From assembly GCA_030390025.1 (NCBI GenBank), contig CM059432.1, forward strand, positions 44,952,001 to 45,016,000: a DNA stretch of 64,000 bases, written 5' to 3'. The notes under the pieces were generated by a model that ran no database searches, had not been told where the DNA came from, and saw nothing but the letters and a program-made list of their open reading frames with translations. The position numbers and the translations under genes are program-made. Positions 1-12,400 of this stretch are shown here, piece after piece; the stretch's first letter is position 1, and the number at the start of each line of letters is the position of its first letter. Source of the stretch: Squalus acanthias (taxonomy: Eukaryota).

Positions 1-734
1 TTCATCCCGCGACGCGAGAGTACGCACTGCGTACTCTCGCGTATTCTCTCTCCAATTGCCGGTTTTCTGCATGCCCTGCGCATGCGCTGAAAACCGGCAC
101 TTGGTCTTTTGAAAAGGGGGCGGTTCCTCGGTGCATCGCGTGCGCGCTACAGGCTGCGCGCACGCTGTGCACTTTGTGCTTTGGACGCGCAGGTTAGTAC
201 GGAAGATTTTAGAAATGGAAAAAGGAGGAGTAAGACCCACTTTTAACAAGGTAAGTAGTGAATTAAGTATTTTTTTGAATTTTTTTTAACAGCTATATCT
301 TTTTTAGAGACTTTAAAGACAGGTAAGTTTATTTTTATAACTTTTTAAAAGATTTTAAATTTTTTCAAAAATTTAATTTTTTATTTAAAATGGTTAATTT
401 ATTTAACTATACTTATTTTATTAATGTGATGGTTTTTAAAAAAATTTTAATTGAGGTTTAGCTGTTATTTTGGGGGGGTGTAAGATTCATAGATTTCACA
501 GCACGTATGTGAAACTTATGAATGGAAGATGGTGTGGTGCCATTGGCTCTAACTGAGTCACGTGATCCCACAGCTCGCACGAATTCACTACGCCGGTGGG
601 ATATGCAAGCACTGCCCAGCTGATGTCTGGAACATCAAGTTCGTGCGAGCTGGATCTGAAAAAGCACACGCGGAGTGAGAGATCGCGGGGAAGCCTTACC
701 CCCGCGGGAACAGAGCGAGATCAATTTCTGGGCC
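1..734 (+). mobile_element. Non-autonomous Harbinger-like TIR element (~765-bp MITE family), copy 1, left end cut by the window edge
   Basis: Colinear with the copies at 2213, 20012 and 51301. Ends in AATTTCTGGGCC. GC-rich arms surround an AT-rich core. Confidence 0.8.
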
Positions 735-1844
735 ATGAAGTTTCTTCAACTCCAGAAGTTTAGGTAACAGTATTTAATCTAATTATCATGAGTTAGCAGT
801 AATTTTGGAATATACAGTGATATACCAGCTCTTCTTGCAACATTCTACCTCTCAGTGTGATCTCCCTTTGCTCTCACACCCTTTTACCAAAGCCCCGATG
901 CCTATGCTCTGAAGTCACCGCAGCAGGCTGCAGATAGAGTAAGGTGAGAGCAATAATTCTGGAAATATGTACTTTGCTCAGGAACATTCACCACAGGCTT
1001 GGAGGAGTACACAATCTTGATGATGCAGTAAACCTGCTGAGGCCTTTAGAAGAATTCACTGCTGTTATTAATATAGCTAAAACGCCACCCACTGTAGGCT
1101 TCGTTGACAGTGATCAACATTATATAAACCTAACCAATACTTCCTTTCTGTCACAGTGTGTATCATAATATTAGTGAAGCATGTCAAAGCGGTATCAAGT
1201 TACCCACCCCACTCCGGAGTTATTGTATATTCATCTTCTTTGACATATATCATTAACATGACATAATATATTTCAACCTTGAAAATGTTGATGTATAATA
1301 CTGTCATGTAAGTAGCTTTAATGGAGCAGTTAGTCTTATTAATAAATTTAAGTAAGTTGGTTTTGGAAAGGAGCAGATTTCAAGAATTCAAGGATGTGTT
1401 TAATAAAGAGACTATGATTTCAGCATTTTTTGGGACTGTTTTGATTCTTCACAATGCAGCAGTGGGTGATAAAACGTCAATCACATGTGGGTGGTAACGA
1501 TTTCAGGTAGAAACTAGACTGTTACCATGGATTTATTTGAGGCTTTGTTCTGGCTTTGAGTTCAAGGAGTTTGAACTAGCTCATCTGAACCTAGATAGAT
1601 TCATTTATCATTTGTTACAAGAGGGATTTTACTGTAATGCATGGACATGTCAGAGCAGTAGCGCAGTAGACGGCTCGGGAAACTAATAGCACGACCGTTT
1701 GGCTATCATTCGATTTCCTCAGCAATTGGATGCATGAAGAAATATGTTTCCTGAAGTAAGTGACATAGCAGAAAAAAGAAAATATTTTAAAGTGAATCTC
1801 ACTGAGATGGTGACACGGCTGTCATTTCTATATGAAAAAAAAAG

Positions 1845-1995
1845 AACTCACATTTATATAGTGTCTTTCATGCCCTCAAGGACATACCAAAGCACTTCAC
1901 AGTCAATGAATTACTTTTGAAGTGTGGTCACTGTTGCTATGTAGGCAAGCCCAGCTGACGATTTGTACACAGCCAGGTTCCATAATCAGCAATAA
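1845..1995 (-). mobile_element. 3' part of a SacSINE1/Deu-SINE-like element
   Basis: CATTTATATAG...CAAAGCACTTCACAG...GTCACTGTTG matches the tail at 9110-9208. Confidence 0.65.
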
Positions 1996-2212
1996 GACAA
2001 GGCACCAGTTAAGCTATTATGGTGATGGTTTCCTTTCTCCTTTCTCCTTCCACCTTCCTTCCATTACCAGTCAGTGGACAGGAATAGATTTATTGGTAGC
2101 AGTATAACCATCTCAAACCAGCTCCTGACTGGCACAAAATCCATACATTCTGTAGAGATTCGCGTATCTCTGGTAAACAGGATTGAGTGCAAACCAATAT
2201 GGTGGGTATATT

Positions 2213-2977
2213 GGCCCAGAAATTCGGCCGAATACGGGAGAGTACACACTGTGTACTCTCGCGTATTCGGTCCCGAAGTGCCGGTTTCCTGCATGCACTG
2301 CGCATGCGCGGGAAACCGGCACTTCCGATATTGCTAAGGGGGCGGTTCCTAAGTGAACCACGTGCGCGCTACAGGCTGTGCGCACGCAGCACACTTAGGT
2401 TTTTTTCAGGTTTCAACGCGAAGGTAAGTATGGAAGATTTTACACATGAAGAAAGGAGGCGTAAGACCCCCTTTTAACAAGGTAAGTAGTTAATTAAGTA
2501 TTATTTTAAATTTTTTTCAACAGGTTTATCTTTTTTAGAGACTTTAAAGAAAGGTAAGTTTATTTTTATAACTTTTAAAAAGAATTTAAATTTTTTCAAA
2601 AATTTAAATTTTTGTTTAAAGTGGTTAATTTATTTAACTATAGTTATTTTATTAATGTGATGGTTTTTTTTTTTAATTTATTTGTGGTTTAGCTGTTCTT
2701 TTGGGGGCAATTTGTATTCATAGTTTTGACAGTTCTTCCTGTCAAATCTATGAATGAAAGATGGTGTGCTGCCATTGGCTCTCCATGTCCCACGTGATCC
2801 CAGAGGTCGCATCGAACTAACTGCGCCTCTGGGACACGCACACACTGCGCGTCGGCACCAGGGAGAGGCCCAGGACCAGAAGTTCGTGTGGGCCCGAAAC
2901 ATAAAGGCAGGCGCGGTAGGTAAGATCGCGCCGGATCCTTACCCCCGCGGCAACCATCGAAGTCTAATTTCTGGGCC
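2213..2977 (+). mobile_element. ~765-bp Harbinger-like MITE, copy 2 (complete)
   Basis: TIR GGCCCAGAAATT...AATTTCTGGGCC. 3-bp TSD ATT at 2210-2212 and 2978-2980. Confidence 0.88.
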
Positions 2978-2981
2978 ATTG

Positions 2982-4181
2982 TGTTTAATCGGAGTTTAGG
3001 ACAGAATATAACACACTAGTTATACAGCAAAAACATACGACCGTGACAAATAGCTGGTACTGGACCTGATCGGACAGACGGCTGGCGTGCACGAACAATT
3101 CTTATTTGTTCTCCTTCTTGTCTCACGTTTCTCTCTCTCTTTCTCTGAACTACCCAAGAGTGTTAGACTAGGGTCCACATGGGTCCACTCTCTGAATAGT
3201 GTTAGACCACCGTTTGCACTCTTGGGAGCCCCTCGCTCCACGGTCTGAGCTAAGAGTTCTTTAGCTCTTCCTTTTATTCTCTTTTTAGGGGTGGGCCTGA
3301 GGTAGAATAATGGATAAGACCATTTAACCTATAGAGGTTCCCCTTAATACATGGTGCCCAATGGCATGTCGAGTTCTTTGTCTAAACTATGAAAAAAGGG
3401 TCAATCCTCCTGTTATCTCCCACCTGTCAGGAATCTTCTCACAACCATTACATATGCTTTCTGTACTTGAACAATCATAGCCTTAAAGCATGTGGAGGAC
3501 AGTCTTCCCTTATCTCATCTGGCCCTTTCCTTCCAAAGCAACAGTCTCTTATCTCATCCTGTCTTGTCCCCCCTGGTGCAGCCAGTGCATGTACCAGGCA
3601 CAGCTTTGGGCCATTAAATCAGAGGCCCAAGTCTTACTCAACCAGCTGCCATTCAAACTATCTCCCTTTAATCTAACAGACTATTGCATCCTGAGATGGT
3701 ACCTTAACTCCCATAAATTCCTTCTAATCTATATCCTTTATATTAATTAACTTTTAATTATCTTCGCAAGCAGTTCTGTTAAACAAACTCCAAATTCTAC
3801 CTTAGCATTATAATATGGTTGTTAGTAATAATGGAAGAAACATAGGTTGGACCTTCATTGGCCAAATTAAAGACACAACAACAGAGTCAAAATCCTAAAC
3901 TTACAAACAACAGACAGCTAAGCCTTGAGGCAAGGTCATGCTATGGGCCCCTATGTGGGATGTTATGCATGCTCTAATCTAACTAATTAAAAAGACTGTC
4001 TCAATTTCTAATGTAAGTTTTCCAGGAAAACAAAACTTACACAGTTCCAGTAAAACATAACTTATACATTAACCCCTTACTTGTCTCGAGCACTAATACA
4101 ATCATTTAAACACAGTATTATTTGCATTACAGTTTCATTCGCATAACTATATATATTTTTAGGCACCCCTAGTTTCTAACA
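2982..4181. mobile_element. Candidate solo LTR (~1.2 kb)
   Basis: Starts TGTT and ends AACA. Flanks ATTG/ATTC match at 3 of 4 bases. No coding capacity and no second copy in the window. Confidence 0.4.
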
Positions 4182-5454
4182 ATTCAAACTGCTATTAGCT
4201 TAACACAAATTGACATTTGATTATTAGTGTAGGAAATGATGATCCACAAATTGAATTAAAGAATATTGTTAGGTTAGTGTAGCAGAACTTTACTCTCTAC
4301 TATTGTTTATTATTGCCAATCTAGCTGTACTTGATGCTGGTATGAGTTGCAAAAAGAAATGTTTCTTTCCACAGAGATATGAATGTAGCAAGCACTCCTT
4401 CTAAATGCTGTCTCTTCCTCATGGGATGCACAAGTGCACACATTCCTAGGGATCTGGAGCATCCCCAAGAAAACTATGAACTGTGCATTAAAGATGACAC
4501 ATTCTGGTCAATTTTTAAAACCTATCGCTGTGAAATATTGTCCCTCCTAATTGTTAGCATAAATTGCATTCACTTTACTTGAAGGACATCAAGAACATAA
4601 ATCTGGTTTGAAATTGGCTTTAAAGGTTTCAAAAATGGTAGTACCTGCAAAGTCAGAAATCCAATCCCAATCACACAATCTCTCTGTGCTGGTCAGTCCC
4701 CACCCCCCACCACTGCGCAGATACATCACCTCACACAGCTGTATAACTGTAATCTTTAATTGTATGCACCTTTCCGGCTGTCCCATGATGCAAAATAAAT
4801 GCACTGGGTTGCATATGTTATCAATGTCTACTTATGTCAGTGTTCTGAGCCTGGTGGAAATGAATAAACAAATTAAGAGCACTTTTTAAAAACAAAAGCC
4901 ATTGCTTTAATTATTTATACAGCAAATATTTACTTCTATGATCCCATTAAACATTCCAATATGGTACGGTTGGTACATTGATTTTAATTGTGAATGCCAT
5001 GTCCCCTTGTTCATTGCTTAGCTGATTTCCTACAGCTCAGTCTACATTTATGTTGGTAACAGTACTTGCTATCGCTATTTTGAACTTTGAGTTGACTTCC
5101 TGTGTCTTTGTAATTTTTTTGGTGTGATGATACAGTAATTGGAGGGAGATAGAGACAGAGTGAGGGAGGCTGAGGAGTCAGTCATTTTCTAGGTGTTTTT
5201 CTACATGTTATAATGTATTGATGTGAGAAAATAAACCAGTTAATGACATTTTCATTTTTCACAAAATGAGGGAGAGGAATTTTGATATGAGCTATTTCAA
5301 AGTACTGGTTATGAGCTATAGCAAAAATTAAAATAGAGGCAGGTATCAGGGCTAAAAATCTACGACAGCCTCACCCTAACATAAGTGAAGGGATACGGCA
5401 CTCCTGGAACCTCCGGTGCTGACCCTGCCAAAGTTCATGGGCAACCCATCCACC

Positions 5455-6287
5455 AGTTTAAACATCCACTCCCTGCACCACCAGTGCATCATGGCTGCAG
5501 TGTGTACAGGAAACTTTCGTTTATCCGGCACCCAAATATCCGGAATTCTCGCTTAACCGGCAAAAATCATCCTCCGAAAACTCCTCTCAAATAACCGGCA
5601 ATGTTGCCGAGTCGCAGTCGAGTCTCCGCGAACGCCGAGTGCTCCGAAAAATCCTCTCAAATAACCGGCAATGTTGCCGATCCCGAGTCCGAGTCCGAGA
5701 ACGCCGATTTAGTCAGTAGGGGTACTTTTCAAAAGTGCCACTACTCGGCCTCCTGGCGCTGTCGCAAGTCCGAAACATTGCAGTAGCAGGAGTAGATTCT
5801 CCTGTGCTGCTTGGAGTCTCTTTGTTAAAAATAGCCTCGGTAGATATAACTCTCTGTTATCCGGTACTTTCGATAAACCGGCACCACGCCGGTCCCGTCG
5901 ATGCCGGATAAACGAAAGTTTCCTGTACTATCCACAGGTTGAACTGCAGCAACTCGCCAAGGCTTCTTCAACAGCACCTCCCAAATCTGCAACCTCCTCC
6001 ACCTAGAAGAACAAGGGCAGCAAGTGCATGGGAACATCGTTAACTCCAAGTTCCCCTTCAAGTCACACACCATCCTGACTTGGACATGTATCGCTGTTCC
6101 TTCATCGTTGCTGGGTCAAAATCCTGGAACTCCCTATCTAGCAACATTGTGGGAGTACCTTCACCACATGGACGGCAATGGTTCAGGAAGAAGGCTCACC
6201 ACCAAATTCTCAAGGGCAGCTCGGGATGGGCAATAAATGCTGGCCTTGCCAGCGATACCCACATCCAGAGATTGAATATTTTAAAAA
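5455..6287 (+). mobile_element. 3' fragment of the tRNA-headed APE-RT LINE family, interrupted by a MITE
   Basis: Matches ~15245-15645 (FIVAGSKSWNSL; GGGCAATAAATGCTGGCCTTGCCAGCGA tail). Confidence 0.85.
5507..5925. mobile_element. Tc1/mariner (pogo/Tigger-like) MITE, 419 bp
   Basis: Perfect 24-bp TIR CAGGAAACTTTCGTTTATCCGGCA. TA TSD at 5505-5506 and 5926-5927. It interrupts an otherwise contiguous LINE tail. Confidence 0.9.
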
Positions 6288-7414
6288 CTGCCCTTCCGTA
6301 GCACTCCAGTTGGAATTATGGTGACAATGTGTAGCGAGGTTTATGGATTTTTGTCCCATTGTCTTCAAAAATTTATAATTCTTTTACAGTTCTTAAACTA
6401 TAGTTAGCAGTAAAGAGAAATTGATTTGATTACACTCAAAACTTTTACGTAGCATTCAGGAGGGCTTTGGAATTCAGATTCAATTTCAGAATAAGTTCTT
6501 GTTCTAGATCTCCACATTAATAGCAAGACAGTCAGCCCTGTCTCCCATTATATGTATGAAGAACAAAAATGTCATTCTTTATCTTGCATTCCAAAAAATT
6601 GTGCTTTATTTAGATTCTTCACCTAAAATACTGAACAATTCTTGCTGATTAAATGCATAAGTGACAAACAGACAGCAACCAAACAAGTACAGCTGGTTTG
6701 CTATTTTATTCTACATTTCATTCCAGCCCTTCGCTCTCTCTCACTAGAAACATTCTGACTTTAAAAGGTTCATTCTCAATGTCACAATGCATTAGCTGGT
6801 ATCTAGGTGAGTGATCACAGTGTCAAATCAGCAAGCAGCACTTACATTCAATAAAAAATGCTGCTCGCCACATTCTTAAAAACAAAATTAATTCTGCAAT
6901 GTGAATCTAAATGCATAGTATTGGCAAACTAAATATTTTGTGATCAATTACTGATGTAAAAAAATTTCTAAACAAGAATGTTTCTACTTTTAATATCACT
7001 TTGTTGTTAAGGATATTAAAATAAGCAATGCCTATGCTATTGTGAGCAATCCCAGGTCAGGTATATCACAGGTCTGGTGCAAGGTAAAGCTCCCTCTACA
7101 CTATCACAACAATGTGCTTTAACCAAAGTGAAGTGGTCAATTTGTGTCATATTTTAGCTTGGTGCTTTGAGCCTACTAAGAACTAAGATGTTGACAACCA
7201 GCAGACAAATTAAATTCAAAGCCATGTCCCAGAAGTGAAACTGCAGTGAGTTCACCCACTGCAACACCCTGTCCATCAATGAAGCTACATTATCAAAATG
7301 GATGCTTAACAGAGTTACAGGTAAAACATTATGGCATTGACAAAGGTGCAGCAAAAGGTTACCCATCTGTCACGGCATCAGACAAGCTACAAGGAGAGGT
7401 GACAGTTGCTGAGT

Positions 7415-7775
7415 TTGTTTAAGCTCGAGGAGAGGAGTCTGAGAGAGGATTTGTTTTCAGACTTCAAGATCCTTAGTTGTATAGACAAGTTGAACCCATA
7501 TACCACGGCCCTGAGAGGCATTTAATAAAGCTCAGAAGTGGGAAGGTGAGTAGAAAGATCAGAAGTAATTACTTCACACAGAGGATGGTGATTGCTTGGA
7601 ATGGATTGCCCAGGGAAGTGATCAAGATAGATAGCGTCATAATTTTAAGAGGGAGTTGGACAGGTGTCTGGTGACAAACTCAATTGAGGGGTATAGTGAA
7701 CATGTATTCTGTTTTTGAACTCTGGGGCCAGCTAGATAAACAAAATGATCTTTTCTGACCCTATATATTCTATGC
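7415..7775 (+). mobile_element. Old CR1 LINE 3' fragment
   Basis: NYFTQRMVIAWNGLP is the CR1 ORF2 C-terminal motif. Confidence 0.75.
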
Positions 7776-8059
7776 TGCACAATTGTTCATCAATTGATTC
7801 TTCCTAAATGTTTCCCCCATTAAATTGCTATCTGGGAGGTGGGCAGAGGCCCATTAAGAGGCTCAGATGATATAAACCATGTTAGTGCTTTTCTCACAAT
7901 TATTTCAATCCCAAAATGTAATACGGTTTTCAAAAATGCTGATTGTTTCATGTTTTGTTTCAAATCTCCCTTTCTCCCCTTTTGTGCTACAGATGCTGAC
8001 TCGTGACGCTATATGATTCTATGAGCACTGGCAGACTGCTAGTGTCCTGCCCAAGTAAT

Positions 8060-8300
8060 CAATCTTCATATGTGAGCTTTGATAGTGATAGGTTATCCAA
8101 CCATGAGAGGCAACAAACCCTGATCCTAGCCAGGCATGCACAATTTCAACAGATGTCAGTGGATAGCAACTGAACTTCCCACATTTTAACCTAAGGCACT
8201 GAGGTTAATTGTACTACCTCTATTGTCACTTCAGCTATCGCAGCACAGATTAGGGGGTCGAACCTGGGCTCTTCAGCTTATATGGCTCAGCAGCTAGTTT
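8060..8300 (-). mobile_element. Degenerate tRNA-derived SINE
   Basis: The minus strand has a B box (GGTTCGACCC) followed by CTGTGCTGCGATAGCTGA. A related sequence lies at ~62570-62740. Confidence 0.45.
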
Positions 8301-8824
8301 GCAGAAATCTCACGAAATTTGTTTGATTATATGATAAAAAAAATAAAATATTGATCTAATCACAAGATTAGGAGATAGTGGTAAAATGTATCATGTAACC
8401 TAGGGTGGCAGAAGCTTTAATTTGTATAATTCCAGAAAATAGCATGTTTTATATACATTAATGATTGGATAGTTCATCTCAAACCTTCGGTAGGTTACTG
8501 CCTTTGAATGTACTCCAGTGCAATATATATATATTTTTAAAGAACCTTTACTTACTGTTCATCATGTTTTTTTCAGTGGATGTATCATGGTGGCAGCAAT
8601 ATGTAGCAAACTCCCATGACTGGAATATAATGCAACATATCATAGTTACAGAGGTTGAAGCTTTTGAAATCCATTTCAAAAGCTTAAAACGTGTAGCAAA
8701 TCTTGAACAAAGGATGCATCATATGAACATAAAAAGATTGCATTTTGGAACTAAAAATAATAATTCTTTTGGCTATTCCTTGTGGTTTGGGGCTAATTTG
8801 TGATCTTTAGCAGTGGTATATATT

Positions 8825-9385
8825 GTATTAGCTTAGCTCAATTGACAACACTGTCAAGTCTGTATCAGAAGTTTGTGGGTTCATCTGCCGCACCAGGTCT
8901 TCGAGCATAAACTGACATTCCAATACAGAACAGAAAGGGTGCTGAATGCCAGTGCTGTCGTGTTTGGATGAGAAGTTAAACCAAGGTCCCGTCTGGTTCT
9001 TCAGGTGAGTGGTAAAGATCCTGTGGCATTATTTGAAGAACAGAAAAAAAAAATGCCCTCGTCAACATAGAAAGAAAAAAAAATGAAAAAAGGAGAAAGA
9101 AAGACTGACCTGCATTTATATAGCGCCTTCCACGACCTCAGGACATCCCAAAGTGCTTCACAGCCAATGAAGTACTTTCAAAATGTAGTCACTGTTGTAA
9201 TGTAGGAAATACCAAAAAAAGAACCATAACTGGGTGTTATTCATCTCATTGCTCTTTGTGAGAGTTGCTGGTGTAGTATGGCTGCTGTATTTACTGAACC
9301 TACATTAAAAAATCACAGCACTTAAAATGTAAATCATTGCGTAAAGCATTTTGATATGTGGAAAGTGCAATATAGATGGAAGTAC
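8825..9385 (+). mobile_element. SacSINE1-like Deu-domain SINE (tRNA head, Deu core, tail) containing an antisense tail insertion at ~9068-9208
   Basis: The core GGATGAGAAGTTAAACCAAGGTCCCGTCTG...AAAGATCCTGTGGCATTATTTGAAGAA resembles the Deu-SINE core as I recall it. A/B-box-like head at ~8830-8885. Confidence 0.7.
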
Positions 9386-9819
9386 CTTTTTATTCACCGG
9401 ATTTCAAGCAGAGTGAGGTTTGGGCAGAGAAAAAAAGCATTTTTGCAACCATAAGAGAGTTAGGATGGTGAGGAGGTGGATCAACCTATTATAGTTAACT
9501 GCATAAAGCATTCTTTGTTTGTTTTTGTTTCGTACCTCCCTTTTTGTGTCATTTCAGCTACAAGAGATAGAACTACAGAGAGCTTTGCTAAGGATCAGGT
9601 AGGGAGGGTCCTCTGTATATCTTCTGGCATGTAAACATTGCAAGAGACTTTGGAAAGGCTAGGGATTCTAAGGAAGTACTGCAAGGAGTTTACCTCTGAC
9701 AATTGTGAGCAGGTGGCTACACTGAAAGAAACAGTTGTGAGGTTAGTGAAGAAGCTGCGTGACCTCAAGTTCTTTACAGAGTATGAAGTTTTTCTGCACA
9801 ATATAGTCTCTGCTCGGTT

Positions 9820-10168
9820 CACTGCCACCTCTCTTCTAGGAATGCCCACCTTGAAGAAGTTCTGCTCTTCTCTTCGACGGGATTTCCGTTTGGCTCTTCA
9901 ACCTTGTTCATCTTCATTGCTTTCAGTTTCCCTTCTCGTGTTTGATCAGGCATCTGCCAAGACTTACCATAGTTATTCCTCCCCCCAGCCTCCCCCCTTG
10001 CATTTTTATCTGTTTCATTTCCTGCTTTTTTCTCAGTTCTGACGAAGGGTTTCGACCTGAAACGTTAACTCTGTTTCTCTCTCCACGGATGTTGCCTGGC
10101 CTGCTGAGTTTTTCCAGCGTTTTCTGTTGTTGTTTCAATTTTCCAGCATCCGCAGTATTTTGCTATCG
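9820..10168 (+). mobile_element. Penelope-like element terminal fragment with a hammerhead motif
   Basis: Its 3' half matches the terminal region of the Penelope copy at 59583-59700. Confidence 0.7.
10034..10072 (+). ncRNA. Minimal type I hammerhead ribozyme motif (Penelope-associated)
   Basis: AGTT-CTGACGA-[AGGGTTTCGACCT]-GAAA-CGTTAACT, with palindromic AACGTT in place of stem III. Confidence 0.65.
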
Positions 10169-12400
10169 TATTAGTCTCTGCTCCTCTTATTCCTCCACAG
10201 GATGCTGAAATTAGTGTCCACAGAACTAAGACGCAATTAGTGTTGTGCCAGGAGGTTTCTGCAAGCACAAATGATGAGGACTCCACCCAGGGGACATCTG
10301 CTGAAGTCAGCATATCTACACTACCAAGGATGAAAAGGAGACGCCAGTGGACAAAAAAAAACCACTGGATCAGACATGGCACAGGTAAGGCAGAAGTAGA
10401 AGGCTAGGTAAGTAAACCACATTATTTGTTGGGATTCCATTGTTTGATATACCAACCATGAACTTTTCAGAAAGAAAGAATTGAATGCTACTGTGCTATG
10501 TTTTCATGGAGCTAAGATAACTTATACAGATAGTAGGTCTAAGGAGATGTCTAAGAGATCTACTATTACTGTTCATGTGGGAACAAACAATATACTGGAT
10601 AAAAAGTCTCAAATCATGAAACAAAGGTTTGAAAAAATCATCCATAACTTTAAACAGCATGGCAATCAGATAATTTTTTCAGATCTCCTACCAACCTGGA
10701 AAGATGCTTTTGAGTGGAACAGTAGAATCATGAGTTTCAACATCTGGCTATAAAGCTGGGTAAAGAAAAAGATGATATTTGCTGACAATTAGAGTGGGTT
10801 GGTTGGACAACTGGGATTTTACAATAAAGATAAGATTCATTTAAGTTAAGGTAGGTGTGAAATGTTTTACTCGCAATGTAAAGGATTCTCTCAGGGTTTC
10901 TTGAAACTGATCAGACCAGGGGGGCAAAACACACACCCTGCAAAATAACAGTGTGGGTCCAACCACAGAGAGTGCCATTTAGACACTCTGAGCATTAACT
11001 CACCTCTTCAGTTGAAACCACTACAAAAGGATGAAATCAGAGGACTAAATTATACCAAATTATCTTGGGATTTTATCAAGTGCTTCTATATAAAATGCTA
11101 GAAACATGAGGAATAAATTGACAGAACTTTGCTGCTACTGAAAACCTTGAACCACAGAAACCTAGCTGGATTTCGAAGCTGGGTCTAAATTTAAATATAC
11201 CTCAATATACATTGTTTAGGTAGAGGTTGGAGTTGTATCTTTGTTAGGAAAAGAATAAAAATACTAGAGTGAGGTGATACTGCAAGTAGGGAAATAGTGT
11301 GGCTTTAATTAGAGCTAATCAGAAATACTAGACTGCTCCTAGGCTTGTGTCTTAGACTACCAAACTGAACAGGAGGGGGATCTGCAGCTGTGTAAATCAA
11401 TAAGATAGTCACTGAAGAGAAGGTAGTAATGATGGGAGATTTCAATTATTCACTTATGAGGCAGATAAGCAAGAGACAGGCACAAGGGCTGGGAGACCCC
11501 CAAGAGACATTTATTGATACATGAAGAATGATTGCTTCTTAATTCAACATGTGAGGATGAGATCTAAGAAGGGATAATATCTTGGAATTAGTGCTTAGTA
11601 ATGAGTCACAGCTGGTAGGTGACCGAGAGACAAGTAAATATCCTGCAGATTTACACCACTCCATTATAAGACTTAAATTATGGGGATGTAGCGAGTTTAG
11701 GGTTAATAGTAAGCTAGTGCCATATTTTTTAAAAGGCTCAATTTACAGAAATGAAAAGAGATTTAATGGCAGTTAGGTGAGTGCAAGAAGGAGGTGAGGA
11801 TGATTGTAACATAAAAAATAAATGGGATTTTTTTTTAAATCCTGAAGGTTTCTGAAGCCTTATATATTCCTATGAGGAGGAGAAGAGTATATAATGAGAG
11901 AAAGTCACAATAGCTTCATAGAGAATTAATTTGGCAACTTGTGCTCAAAAAGAAATATTTTAAGACTTATATAATATCTAATAGACTTTCAAACAGCAAA
12001 CGGTATAAAACACAGCATTGACAAAAAGTATTAGGCAAGCTAACATTAATCTGGGGAGGAGGATAGTGGGAAATAGCCAAAATAATGGGAAGCATTTTTG
12101 TGCTTATGTTAGAACTGAGAGGTCGATTAGAAAACAAACAACATCCCCCTAGAGTGAGTTGGGGAGGATTATAAACGATGACAAGAGCATAGCAGAAGAT
12201 TTGAACAGATACTTTCGGCAGAACTTTTGGGAAGGACAATTGGGCGAGGGTATTTAATGGGCGGCTGGTCTGCTACCGTCCGTTTTATGCCCCAGCCAAA
12301 GTTGAAAGATTCGGCTTTGTATTGTTTTTAACTATGAGAAGGTTGGTTTTGATCCTTGCAATACAGATAAAATTGAAACTCAAATGAATTGCTTATACAT

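Noticed and set aside
1507..1686. Open frame after tttcag (VETRLLPW...GSGN*)
   Set aside because: No recognisable homology and no partner exons; the length is compatible with chance.
10201..10384. Exon-like segment (ccacag|...|gtaagg)
   Set aside because: The splice sites are good, but it lies inside the decayed CR1 ORF1 and gives no recognisable protein. Exonisation cannot be excluded without RNA data.
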